64,000 nt of DNA from NCBI GenBank assembly GCA_943787795.1, contig CALSNU010000001.1, positions 864,001 to 928,000 on the forward strand, given 5' to 3'. Made by a program: the position numbers and the translations under genes. The notes beneath the pieces are model-generated. The model had not been told where the DNA came from and did not search any database. It worked only from the letters and a program-made list of their open reading frames with translations. Below, piece by piece: positions 1 to 10,902 of the stretch. Each line of letters begins with the position of its first letter. Positions within the stretch are counted from its first letter, which is position 1. The DNA comes from an uncultured bacterium. GTDB lineage: Bacteria > Planctomycetota > UBA1135 > GCA-002686595.

Positions 1-823
1 CGAGGGTCCGGACGACGAGCCGCCCGAGGTAGGCGCCGAAGGCGATGGTCAGGAAGACCGTCATGGCGCCCGCGAGTCGGGCGGTGCCCGAGGCGAGGTT
101 CCGCGTGGCCAGCTCCACGAGCGCCACCGTCAGGGACAGGCCGGGAACGATCACGATCACGGACGCGAGCGCGACGACGCGGTCGTCCACGGCGCCCCCG
201 AGGAAGTGCGCCCCGAGCAAGCCGACGCCCGCCGCCAGGAAGGCAGCGAAGGGCTCGAACGTCCCGATGGTCCCCTCCTTGCGCGATGAGATGCGCTCCA
301 GCAACCCGATCACGAGACCAACGGCGGCGGAGAGCAGCGCGTCCGCCAGGCACCCGCCAAAGAAGATGGCGGCGGCGCCGGCGGCGAGGGCGTGCCCGAT
401 GAGGGAGGTGACGCCGCCGCCGCGGGTGGGGGCGGCGTGCAGGGCCTCCATCTGTTCGAGGGCTGCAGCGTGATCGAGTTCCCCGGCCCCGACTCCCTCG
501 AGCACCTCGTCCATGGCCACCAGCCGCCCGAGGTCGACACCGCCGGGCTGCACGCGCAGGAGGCGGACGCCGCTGCCCGTCTGCTCTCCCTCGAAGCCGA
601 GGAAGATCGAGGTGGGGGACGAGAATACCTGCACCTGTTGGCCGGCGTCTGCGGCGAGCTTCACGATCACCCGCTCGAGGCGGTGAGCGGGAGTGCCGTA
701 GGCGTGAAGGAGCTCTGCCGTCCGGAGCAGAAAGCGCGTGAGCGCTGGCTCGCCGGACGTGGGCGCCTGGGCGTCTGCAGCCGGTACGTTCGGCGCCTTG
801 GGGTCAGACGAAGGGTGGTCCAC
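1..823 (-). CDS. Threonine/serine exporter family (ThrE-like) membrane protein, 3' end outside window
   Basis: Manual minus-strand translation, open to position 1: 'AELLHAYGTPAHRLE...SPTSIF...VIVIVPGLSLTVALVELATRNLASGTARL', a ThrE N-terminal domain pattern. Absent from the ORF track because it has no stop in the window. GTG start at 823 (838 is an alternative). Confidence 0.8.
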   Translation of the reverse strand, partial: MDHPSSDPKAPNVPAADAQAPTSGEPALTRFLLRTAELLHAYGTPAHRLERVIVKLAADAGQQVQVFSSPTSIFLGFEGEQTGSGVRLLRVQPGGVDLGRLVAMDEVLEGVGAGELDHAAALEQMEALHAAPTRGGGVTSLIGHALAAGAAAIFFGGCLADALLSAAVGLVIGLLERISSRKEGTIGTFEPFAAFLAAGVGLLGAHFLGGAVDDRVVALASVIVIVPGLSLTVALVELATRNLASGTARLAGAMTVFLTIAFGAYLGRLVVRTL

Positions 824-1012
824 GCCGGGAGTGTGCACCCGTGCGTCGCCTGGGCAAGGGCGTCCGAGGGGAATCGGCGCCAGAGGGCCGGCCCAGGCTG
901 GACGCGGCCCCTCCCTTCCGCTCAGTCGACGCCTGCCGGAAAGGCGTTGGAGCAGATCAAGGCCTGGGCCCAGAGGGCGTTGGAGCGACTGCTCGTGCCC
1001 ACGGGCGACCGG

Positions 1013-3428
1013 TCACTGGAACGTGACCGCGACCGCGTCCGTGAAGTTCGAGTTCAGCGGCGGGACGTCTCGGTGCCAGAGCTGGAAGTGCCATGTCTCG
1101 CCCGCCTGGACGGTGACGGCGCCGGTGGGCTGAGGCATGGCGGAGAGGTCCACGGCCCCGATCATGGTGCCGGTCGTGCCCGCGGAGAGGACGCCGCCGC
1201 CCACGCCGCGGCCGATGCTTCCGAGCACGCAGAGGGTCCCGGCGCTCCCCGGGACGGGGGAGAGGACCCCCGAGGTCGTCGAGGCGAGGAAGTAGCCCAG
1301 GGAACCCTGGGGGAGGTCGCGCGCGCTGACCTTGAAGTCGTTCGTGGCCACGTCGACGCTGCCGAGGATGGAGACCGCGCCGGGGACGCCCGTGGAGTTC
1401 GGGACCGCAGGGGCGCAGTAGGTGCTGCCGATCGCCTCGCAGCGGTCGACGATGCCGTTGCTATCGAGGTCCACGGTGGCGCCGAAGTTGCCGGCGTCGC
1501 AGGCGTTGCCGCTCCAGAAGAGCTGCGCCAGGTCATGGGCCTCTTCACCGATCTCCTGGCCCATCTGCCGGCCGGGGAGGTCGTCCGCGGGGGGGTGGAT
1601 GCCGCCCCAGATGCGTGAGAGGGAGCACTGGTCGGAGGCGTCGTAGTAGGACGCCCACTGCAGCCGCACGTCGACGCTGGGGCCCTGTTCGAAGACGAGG
1701 AACTGGTCCTGGGGGCAGACGTACTCGCCGAGCCCGTCGGGGAAGTAAGGCGAGCCGGTGAGGCGGTCCATCATCACCGCGGCGGCGCGGCTGTAGGTGC
1801 TGTGGCCGGAGACGTAGCCGGCGAAGGGCGGCGTCACGAACGACGGTCGCTGATAGGGCCACCAGTTCTCCGCAAGGATCCAGCCGACGCCCGCCTGGTC
1901 CACGAGGGGGTCGGTGATGTACTCGGGGCCGCGCCACGCGAGCACGGCGATCTTGCCCTCCTCCCCGGCGAGGTTCTCGTGGCGTTGGCCTGTCGCCGTC
2001 GTGGCGGCGGTCACCACCTCGACGTAGCCGGGGTGCAGGTTGATCCCGTCGGGGTGGTAGCTCGGCTGCTGGGGGTCCGAGCGCTGTCCGAGGCCCGCCA
2101 GGTAGCGCAGGGCGCTGACGGGACGCGGGTAGTCGTACCAGCCCTTCACGCCCCAGGCGGAGATGGCGGCGTCTTGCATGGCCCCGCCCATGGCGAGGTA
2201 GGTCTTCACGCACCACTCGAGGTCGTTGAGCACGGGGCCGGAGCCGCCCAGCTGCTTGACGAAGGAGGGGTGATCGGAGACGTCGTTGAGGATCACGAAC
2301 CAGTGTCCCGGGGGCGTCTCGGACTCCGGGGCCGTCGGCCCAGAACTCGGCGAGCACGCGGGAGTAGTCGCCGCGGGGCACCATTTGGGGCGCGTAGGGC
2401 TGACCGGTCACGGGGTTCGATGCGTAGCCGGCGCCCCAGTCCCCGCCGTCAAAGTAGTCGTAGTACTGGTCGGCCTGGGATGCCGCCGCGAGCGGGGCGT
2501 TCCCGACCCCTGCAGGGGAGACGTCCACCATCACGCCGTCCGACGGGTCGAGGTGCGCGGACCATACGCTGACCATCTCGAAGCCGTTTCGATAGCGGTC
2601 CAGCGCGTCGTCAATGAGGGGCGGCGCGCCGGGGTCCTTGAAGACCCAGTAGTTGAAGCCGTCGCGCTGGTAGACCGTGCGGTCAGACTCAGCCAGGGAC
2701 CAGCCGGGCACGATGCCCCACTCGGGCGAGATGAAGTCGGGGTAGCCGAAGGCGATGACGTTGCCGGACTGATCGATGAAGAACTGCAGGCTCAAGGGCT
2801 GCCAGCGATTCGGATCCGTGAACGTCGGGTTCCCGGGGAGCTCGACCACGAGGGCGTCGTTCACCGGGAGGTAGAAGCGGTTGGCGAAGTCGTTCCGCTC
2901 GTTCGAGTTGTCGTTGTCGCCATAGGTGAGCACCGCGGCCGCGATCCGGTTGCCGATGGCGGAGGGGGAGTTGCCGACGGTGGAGGCGTTCGTGGGGTCA
3001 AACCCCTGGGCGATCATGACCGCGTCGTACTGCGGGAGCATGACCGGCGCGCCGGGCGAGTTGGCGAAGCGTGTCTTGAGGATGCGGTACGACGCGTAGC
3101 AGAGGGCCTCGCTGCGCAGCTGATCGACGTTGGGGGCGGTGGTCGCGTGGTCTTCCTGAAAGAGCACAGTGTTCGCCGTGGCGTCGTAGGTCGCCCAGGC
3201 GTCCCACATGGCGATGGAGACGTGGTAGAGGTTTCGGGCGTGAATGGTGGGCCGGGCCAGGTCGTTGCGGATCGACTCGAGCAGCACCTCGTTCCACTCG
3301 CGAGCAGCAGAGGGTTGGCCACCAGCCTGGGGAAGCGCCGGGGCCGGCTGCTGCAGGACGCAGAGGGCCACGGCGGAGTAGAGGGCGCCCGCCAGCATGG
3401 CGCGGAGGTCAGAGACTGCGGAGTTCAT
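1013..3428 (-). CDS. Secreted vanadium-dependent haloperoxidase/PAP2-superfamily protein with recurrent C-terminal domain (frameshift ~2328)
   Basis: ORFs 1545..3428 and 1013..2296 join as 'AEFWADGP|ESETPPGHWF' after removing one C from a C4 run. Motifs KGWYDYPRP, PFAGYVSGHS and SRIWGGIH are present, plus an N-terminal signal peptide. Confidence 0.8.
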
Positions 3429-3945
3429 GTGGGATCGGGGGTCGCGCTGATGCTCGGCGGGGCTGGCCGGGCATGCGGCGTGACGATGCGGCGGTGGGTG
3501 GACGGTCCTGGGGGGGCAGCGGGGCCGGTGAAGCCGAACCGCAGCGGCGCGGCTCCGTTAGGCAGGGGGTGTCTCATCCCTCGCCCTCCCGACTAATAGT
3601 CCGCTACCTCGCCCTATGAAGCGGGGCCATTTGCAGTTCCGCGAGGCCGCGACCCATTGTCGTGCGTCAGATCGGGAGGGGAGGCGAGGTCGGGCCAGAC
3701 ATGGATCGACTGGCGCGCCCCACGGAGCGCCCCACGGAGCGCCGGCACACGGCCCTTGAGGCCAGCTGCTTCTCCGGGCGGGGCCTTCTTTTTTGGCGGT
3801 AAGGGGTAACCCCAGGGAGGCCCCCAGCCTCCTGACCCGGTGCCCACGCCCGTGCTCCCCCTCGCGCTCTCGCGGCTCGTCGCACACGCCTTCGTCGGGT
3901 GGCCTCAGCGCCGAGCGACCCCATCTCTATCACCTCCCCCTCGCC

Positions 3946-5223
3946 GTGCCCCTGCTCTCCCCCGTCCTTCGTCTCGCCATCGCCGCCCTCTGTCTCCTCC
4001 CAGCTTCGAGCCAGCAGCTGCTGAATCGGACCATTGATGTCCAGGGGGTCGCCCGCACCTACCTGCTCTACGTCCCGGCGACGTACTCGCCGGCGGAGCC
4101 GGCGCCGCTGCTCTTCAATTTCCACGGTGGGGCCATGACCTCCCAGGAGATGCTGCAGCTCGCCGATATGCGGCCTCAGGCCGAGGCCGACTCGTTCCTG
4201 CTGGTCTACCCCCAGGGGCTCCCCGAGGCCGGCGGCGGGCCGATCTGGAACAGCGAGGGGCCCTTCTCCAACGGCGTGGACGAGATGGCCTTTGCGGTGG
4301 CCATGATCGATGAGTTGGCGCAGACGTACTCCGTGGACCAGCGCCGCGTCTACGCCTGCGGCTACTCCAACGGCGGCAACCTCGTCTGGGACCTGGCGTG
4401 CCTGCTCAGCGATCGGTTCGCCGCCGTGTCGGCGGTGGCGGGGAACATGTTCGAGTGGACCTACACATCCTGTGCACCCAACTCGCCCACGGCCGTGCTG
4501 GCGATCCACGGGACCGCAGACACGACCTACAACCTCTACAACGGCCTGCCGCCGTTCACGATCTCCCTCCCGCAGGCCAACGCATACTGGGTGGGGATCA
4601 ACGGTGCTCGACCGACCCCGGACGTCTCGCAGATCGGGGCCGCCACGGAGCGGTTCGTCTGGCCCGCGGAGAGTGGTTGCTTCACGGTCGAGCACTACAA
4701 GATCAACGGTGGGGGACATGACTGGCCGGGCGCCTTCGGCTTGGCCTCGGACTTCAGCGCCAACCAGGTCATCTGGGACTACGTCTCTCAGTTCGATCTC
4801 GACGGGCTGATCGCCTGCGGGTCCCCGTCGGCTTACTGCCCGGTGGTCCCCAATTCGTCCGGACTGGGGGCTTCCATGGGTTGGAGCGGCAGCACGAGCG
4901 TCGCCTCCAATGACCTGGTGCTCGAGGTCACGTCCGCTCCGGCGAACACCGTGGGGATCTTCTTCTACGGCCCGGATCAGGTGCAGGTCGGGCTGGGGAA
5001 CGGCATTCGCTGCGTGGGCGGTGCGGTGCGCCGGCTCCCGGTGGTGGGCGCCTCCGCCTCTGGCACCGTCAGTTTTCCCATCGATCTCATGAGCTCCACC
5101 CTTCCCACCGGTGCGATCACGGCGGGGGAGACCTGGAACTTCCAGTACTGGTTCCGTGACGTGCAGGGCTTCCCCTTCCGCTTCAACCTCTCCAACGGCC
5201 TGAGGGTTCCGTTCACTCCCTGA
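3946..5223 (+). CDS. Secreted PHB-depolymerase/LpqC-like alpha/beta hydrolase with recurrent C-terminal domain
   Basis: Motifs 'RTYLLYVP', 'NFHGG', nucleophile elbow GYSNGG, 'IHGTAD' and 'GGGHDWPG'. Signal-like N-terminus begins at the in-frame GTG 3946. Confidence 0.8.
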   Translation: MPLLSPVLRLAIAALCLLPASSQQLLNRTIDVQGVARTYLLYVPATYSPAEPAPLLFNFHGGAMTSQEMLQLADMRPQAEADSFLLVYPQGLPEAGGGPIWNSEGPFSNGVDEMAFAVAMIDELAQTYSVDQRRVYACGYSNGGNLVWDLACLLSDRFAAVSAVAGNMFEWTYTSCAPNSPTAVLAIHGTADTTYNLYNGLPPFTISLPQANAYWVGINGARPTPDVSQIGAATERFVWPAESGCFTVEHYKINGGGHDWPGAFGLASDFSANQVIWDYVSQFDLDGLIACGSPSAYCPVVPNSSGLGASMGWSGSTSVASNDLVLEVTSAPANTVGIFFYGPDQVQVGLGNGIRCVGGAVRRLPVVGASASGTVSFPIDLMSSTLPTGAITAGETWNFQYWFRDVQGFPFRFNLSNGLRVPFTP

Positions 5224-5341
5224 TCGAGGTGGGGCCGTGGGGAGGTGCGGCTGTTGAGGCACGGAAGGCAGGGAGCGCATACTCTGGTGACCCACCGTGC
5301 GCCGCTCTTCAGCGCGCTCGGACCACCTGATCGCACCTCCC

Positions 5342-6124
5342 ATGAATGCACCCAGGACCCACCTCGTGCTCAGCTCGTTCCTCGCGGCAGCCGCGGGCGC
5401 AGCTGCAGTGATCTTCCTGGCGCCCAGTCCGGAGGTGGGCGCCGCCCCGGCCCCGGTGGCACGGGCGCCCCTTGCTGGGGCTTCGGGGAGCGCCCGCTCC
5501 GATGAGCCAGACATCGAGCTGCAGATGCGGGTCGGGAAGCTGGAGGCAGAGCTGGCCGCCATGCGCGCGCAGCTTGGCCGGCTCTCCAGCGCTCGAGTCC
5601 CGATGACCGCGGACGCCGCCTCGGGGGAGGACACGGGTCAGGCGCTGCTGAGCATCGGGTCCGGCGATGAGGCTGTTCTGCTCGAGGAGGTCAGCAAGGC
5701 GATGGCCAAGATCGACGAGCAGAAGGCGGCGGCTGCTCGCGAGGTGGAGATGGAGAGGCGGAAGGGTGAGGAGACCAAGGCCTACGGGGAGTACGAAGAG
5801 GTCCAGGCCAACCTGAAGGAGCGCGTCGCGAAGCTCTCGGAGTCCATGCCCATGGGCAGCGCGGATCGGCGGGAGGTCGAGGGGCTCATGGATCTTCAGG
5901 TCGAGCGTATGCGGGACCTGACCCGCGACTGGGCGAGCGGAGACTTCACCGACGAGGAGGTCGGGGAGCGCTTCATGGCCGAGCGTCGTCAGCACAGGCA
6001 GGCGGCCGTGGCGCTCCTCGGGCAGGAGCGCATCGGGGCCTACAAGAAGTTCATCCAGGACGGCGGCCTCGGCGGCCGCTACTCTTTCTACCTCGCGCCC
6101 TGGGAGAGCTGGGCCGAGGACTAG
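5342..6124 (+). CDS. Hypothetical membrane-anchored coiled-coil protein
   Basis: ATG 5342 lies in ORF 5297..6124. N-terminal hydrophobic helix followed by charged helical segments; resembles 32656..33351. Confidence 0.65.
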   Translation: MNAPRTHLVLSSFLAAAAGAAAVIFLAPSPEVGAAPAPVARAPLAGASGSARSDEPDIELQMRVGKLEAELAAMRAQLGRLSSARVPMTADAASGEDTGQALLSIGSGDEAVLLEEVSKAMAKIDEQKAAAAREVEMERRKGEETKAYGEYEEVQANLKERVAKLSESMPMGSADRREVEGLMDLQVERMRDLTRDWASGDFTDEEVGERFMAERRQHRQAAVALLGQERIGAYKKFIQDGGLGGRYSFYLAPWESWAED

Positions 6125-6160
6125 GTCGAGAGCAAGCCCGGGGGTCATCACGACGGGGGC

Positions 6161-6673
6161 GTGTGCGCTCGTTCGTCAGGCGTAGATCCGTCACGGGACC
6201 GGGCTACGGCGACGAGCTTGATCGTCCCTCGGTGTTGGAATCCGACAAGCGACCCTCAACCCACGTCCACCGCCTCGACCCGTGAGCCATCTCTGAGCGA
6301 CCCTGACCGTGGTCGCGCACCTCGGCCTCGTGGGCGCCGTCCATCCGCCCCTGGCCGCTGGTTCGACGACGGGAGCGTCGGGGCTGCTCTGGCCCTCACA
6401 GTGATCGCCATGTGGATCCGGCTCGCGCCCTTCAAGCGGGCGGGCTCCGCGGAGGGTCGGCGAGCCTGGAGAGGGCTCTTCACTTCCATGGGCTACGCCG
6501 CGGTCCACGCGGGCCTGCTCGTCACCACGGTCAGCGTAGACCGCTTTGCCATCTTCGATGACTGGTACTTCGCCACGGTCGGTGCGTGCCTTCCGGTGTT
6601 CGCCATCCTCTTCCTCTCCGCCCGTGACCCCGGCGGAAGCCGGGCGGTCGGCCGCGTGGCGCTCCCCCTCTGA
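6161..6673 (+). CDS. Small hypothetical membrane protein (start uncertain, probably ~6290)
   Basis: About three hydrophobic segments in the C-terminal 110 aa. Confidence 0.45.
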   Translation: MCARSSGVDPSRDRATATSLIVPRCWNPTSDPQPTSTASTREPSLSDPDRGRAPRPRGRRPSAPGRWFDDGSVGAALALTVIAMWIRLAPFKRAGSAEGRRAWRGLFTSMGYAAVHAGLLVTTVSVDRFAIFDDWYFATVGACLPVFAILFLSARDPGGSRAVGRVALPL

Positions 6674-6753
6674 TACTCCATGGTCAGCCTCATCCATCTT
6701 TGGGCGGTGAACCAGGCCGCTCTCAGCGCCTGACTCTCCCTCGTCCGGGCGCT

Positions 6754-8758
6754 TCACTCCCAGGGGACCCGGGTCTCCGGGCCGGTGACCCTTCGATCCA
6801 CGAGCGGGTCTGACGAGTTGCTGATGCTGGAGGTGACGAAGATGCTCTCGATGGAGTCGTTGACAAGGAACGTGTGCCGTAGGCCCGTGTGATCGCGCGT
6901 CGCGTGGTAGGTCCGTGAGCCGGCGCGGCCCCAGACGGCCGGGGGATCGCCCAGGTAGTCCTTGCCGGTCTCTAGGACGACGGTGTGCCCGTACAGGTCG
7001 AGGTCGAGGGAGGGGCGGCCGAGGTCGACCGTTCCGCCGGCGGGGAGGAGGATGTCCCAGGACGCGGCCTCGCCCTGGCCCCAGACGCTCAGCACCACGT
7101 GGACGGAGCCCGATGCGAAGGGGCCGTGCTCGGGGCCGTTGCGGACGCTGGAGTACTCGCGGCCCTGGCGCAGGGCCTCGCCCTCGAGGCCCTGGGGGGA
7201 GACCTCGAGCATGAAGTGGTTCAGGAACCCCTCGGGGAGCGCCGTCGCGTCGAGGGTCAGCATGCCGGTGCCGGACACCACGAACTCCACGCCCTCTGTC
7301 CCGGCCGGGACGACCTTGATGGTGCCTGGCCCGCCGGAGAGGACGAAGACCTCGGAGTCCAGGGACAGCCAGAGCTCGCCGGGGGGCAAGGCGGCGCGAT
7401 GTTCGAAGGTGCCGTCCTCGGCGGAGGTGACCTTGGTGACGTAGCGCTCCCAGCCCTCGGGGTCGGTGGCATTGAACTCGACCTCGACCGTGGTGGAGAC
7501 GCCGCGGCCCGTCGAGTCCACGATGGTCCCGCTGACCACCACTGGCAGCGAGCCGAGGCGCACGTCTCCGAGGTCGACCACGGGCTTCGCCGGGTCGATG
7601 GTCACCCTCTGGTCGAACACTCGCGCGGGGTCCTCCTTCAGGCGGAGCCGCAGCTGAGCGTTGATGGGGTAGGGGGCGCTCAACCACGCGGCCACGTGAT
7701 CGAAGGTGCCGCCGGGGCCGAGCTCAAGGGTCCCCATGGGGCGGAACCTGCCGGGGGTGAGGGTGGAGCTGCGGGTGGTCTTGCCCAGCATCCCGACCTC
7801 CACGGTCCCCTCGGTAAGCCCGAGCACCCGCCCGGTGATGCGCGGCCCGCCGCCCGCGATCTCGAGGACCGCGTCGACGACCTCACCCTCCCGGGTCGGG
7901 CCGTCGAAGGCTCACCTTGCCGAGGTCGTTGCCCGTCTTCGACCTCACCTGCGCCTCGAGCTTGCGTCCGACGCCCACCGGGCCGAGGAGGAGCGTCGTC
8001 TCCGGGGCGCCCGCCTCCATGGGGGCGCTGAGGTAGGTCGCGCTCATGAGGGACCGCCAGCCCTCGGTGAGGAGCACCTCGAAGCCGCCGGGGAGGTCCC
8101 CCGTCTTGGCCCGGACCGTGACCCGCGCCATCCCCGCGGCGGGCTGCACGAGGGTGACCTCGACCGGCGGTGAGGTCGCTCCGGGCTCGACCGTGACGCC
8201 AAGGGGCTCCAGCCCGGCCTCGCGCCGGTCGGCGGGGAAGCCGAAGAGCCCCACCGGCACCAGCCGGAACGCGAACTCTCCGGTGCGCATGTTCTCGGGG
8301 GTCAGCTGCTCGGAACCCTCGGAGGGGTCCGGGAAGAAGAGCTCCCCTGCGGCGCCCGACGGCCCCGCCTCGGCGACCTTCCCGCTGACCACCGTGCCGT
8401 CCGGGTAGACGCTGTCCACGAGGAGCCGGACCGTGGCCCCTGGGATGGGCGCCCCCGCGGGGTCGAGGACGGTCACCTGCCAGCCAGCGCGCTCGTCCTC
8501 TGCGATCGCTGCTCCAGGCGCCGCCTCGGTTGCTGGAGCCTCCGCCGCCTCGTTCGCCTCCCGGGTCGCCGCGATGGTGCGGACCTCGGCGAGGTCGGCC
8601 TCGCCGCCCGAGGGGGGCGCCTCTCCCGGCTCGATGGTGCGTCCCGCAGCGGGCTCGAAGGCCTGCCAGTCGGGGGACTGCTGTACGAGGACGACGACGA
8701 CGAGGACAGCGGCCGCGAGGCTCAGGAGGCGGAGGAGTGAGCGTGAGGGGGGGCGCAT
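6754..8758 (-). CDS. Hypothetical exported protein with beta-sandwich (carboxypeptidase-regulatory-like) repeats, frameshift ~7910
   Basis: ORF 7883..8758 (N-terminal TM; 'VTVLDPAGAPIPGATVRL') joins the frame of ORF 6754..7827 ('VSGTIVDSTGRGV') as 'GKVS|FDGPTREG'. Confidence 0.6.
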
Positions 8759-8880
8759 GGTGGAGGTGGCGTGGCGGCCTCTAAGGCTTTGCCGTGTAGA
8801 GCTTCTAGCCGGGGACGTCGGTCGGGTGCAAGGGCAGAGCCGGGAACGCGAGCCCTGGACGCCCCCGGATCACCTGGGCG

Positions 8881-10849
8881 TCACCGGTTCACGACGAAGT
8901 GGACGATCCGGGCGGCGTGCCCCCGGCTGCGCTCGTTCCGGGCCTCGGCGATCCGAAGGTCGATGCGGTGTGGGCCGGGCTCGAGCTCGGCCGAGAGCAC
9001 GTGGACCCAGGGCAGGTGCAGGCCGCCGCTCCAGCGCGTGAACAGGTCCCGTTGCATCCACGGCCCACCGTCGACTCGATAGTCGAGGGTCCCCGCGTCC
9101 GGCCCGGCGGCCACCCAGACGCCGACGGCGCGTCCGTCGAAGGGGAGCGAGAGCGCGGCGCCCGGCTCGGCGCCCACGAGCATAGGGACCCCGTGAAACC
9201 CCGCGCGGACCCCGCCGCCGACCCCGTCCGCACGCGGGTCGCAGCGCTCTACCCGCTCGAAGCCGGAGAGGGCCTCGGCCTGGCCTAGCTCGATGAGCTC
9301 GCCGCCGTCGTAGCTGTTGGGTCGAGGCGCGCGGGCAGGTCGCGCGCGGGCGCGCCCTCCGCGACGGGCCCGGCCCACGCGGTCGAGAGCAGGCGCCGCA
9401 CGGACGCCGCGTAGAGCCGCTGGCCGAAGGGGGAGGGGTGCAGGTCCCTGAAGTCGTCCTTCCAGGTGAACTGCCCGGCATCGATGCGCTCGGTGACCTC
9501 GCGGGCGAGGTCCAGCGAAGGGAGCCCGTACGCCTCGGCCACCTCCTCGTGCCGCTCGATGACCACGGGCGTCCTCCCGCTCCGCAGCGTCCTCATCTTG
9601 GCCGGGTCGACGAAGTGCATGAGCACCACGTCCACGTCCGGGTTGAGGGTCCGCGCGTGTCGCACGATGCCCTCCTCACCGCGGGTCATCTCCTCGGGGC
9701 TGCGCCCGTTGGTGGAGTCGTTCACCGCGGCCTCCTGGAAGAGCAGGTCCACGGGGCCGCCGCTGAACACATCGCGCGCCAGCCGGAACGCGCCGGGGGT
9801 GCTCCCCATGGAGGGGATGCCCGCCGCGATGAACTCGAACTCGGTGCCGGGGAAGCGCGCCTCGGAGGTAGGCGCAGACCTGGTCCCGCCAGCCGGGGTT
9901 GTGGGTGATGGAGCCGCCGAGGAAGGCGACCCGGCCCCGGCCCGTCCCCTCGAAGCGGGCGCGGCTGCGGTCGAGGCCGTCCCCGGAGCGTCGAAGAGCC
10001 GCGACGGCCCGGGGCGCCGCCAGCGTGACGCTCCATGAAGTCCGCGGCGCGCAGCGGGTCGGGGTGGGTGAAGTGGTGCCCGCCTGAGGCGGCCGTGCCC
10101 TCGGGGACCTCCATCACCTCGATGGCTCCGCCGAGCTCCCGGAACCGCTCGGCCACCACGAAGGTGTTCTCCTTCGGCGGCACGATCTCGTCGTTGAGGC
10201 TGACGATGGAGAGGATCGGGATGCCGGCGGCGGCGATGGGCTCGAGGAGCTCGATCGGGTTGAGCGCGTAGGCGCGCGCCTCCTCTTCGGTGAGCTCGAG
10301 CTCCTCGAGCAGGTGCGCCCACGTCGGGGCGTGCCCGCGGCCGGCGCCCTCGCCCAGGGGCCAGCTCCGGATGTCGCAGACGGCGGTGTCCGTGTACAGG
10401 CAGGCCACGCGCTCGGGGTGCAGGGACGCCCAGTGGTAGACGAAGAGGCCGCCGCGGCTCACCCCCTCGAGGGCCGGCCGCGCCGCGAGCCCGTGGTCCG
10501 CTGCGGAGGACCTCGTAGAAGCGATCCCAGATCGCCATGGCCTTCGGCCCGCCGAGCATCCCGCCCGTGTCCACGTGGGCGATGTGGAACCCGCGCTCCA
10601 GCAGGATGCGGTCCGGTCCTGCGTGGAAGTCGGGGAAGCGTGCGCGCCACACCCACGGGCGGCCGGGGGCCGGGTTCGTCGGCACGACGAGCCGCGCCCG
10701 CTTCCCGGCCACCTCGAAGTCGAGGCGCTCGTGGCCATGCCAGCGAGGGGGGCCGCGACTCCTGCTCCTGGCCCAGGAGCAGAGCCGCGGGCACTGGCGG
10801 GGGAGGGGGCGAGTACGAGCAGGGCGGCGATCAGCAGCGGGGGCACCAT
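8881..10849 (-). CDS. Alpha/beta hydrolase + SGNH/GDSL hydrolase fusion, several frameshifts
   Basis: Segments in changing frames: 'PWVWRARF', 'LEGVSRGG', 'GHHFTHPDP', then 'VAFLGGSIT', 'GIPSMGSTPG', 'EAAVND', 'DLHPSPFG'. TATGCT lies 7 nt before ATG 10849. Confidence 0.7.
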
Positions 10850-10902
10850 GGGTCCGAGCATAGGCGCCCGGGCCCCGTGGCCCCGTGATTCCCCGCGCCG
10901 GA

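Noticed and set aside
3758..3795. Terminator or riboswitch before the esterase gene (GGCCTTCTTTTTT)
   Set aside because: The stem is weak and no aptamer consensus is recognisable; an Rfam search would be needed.
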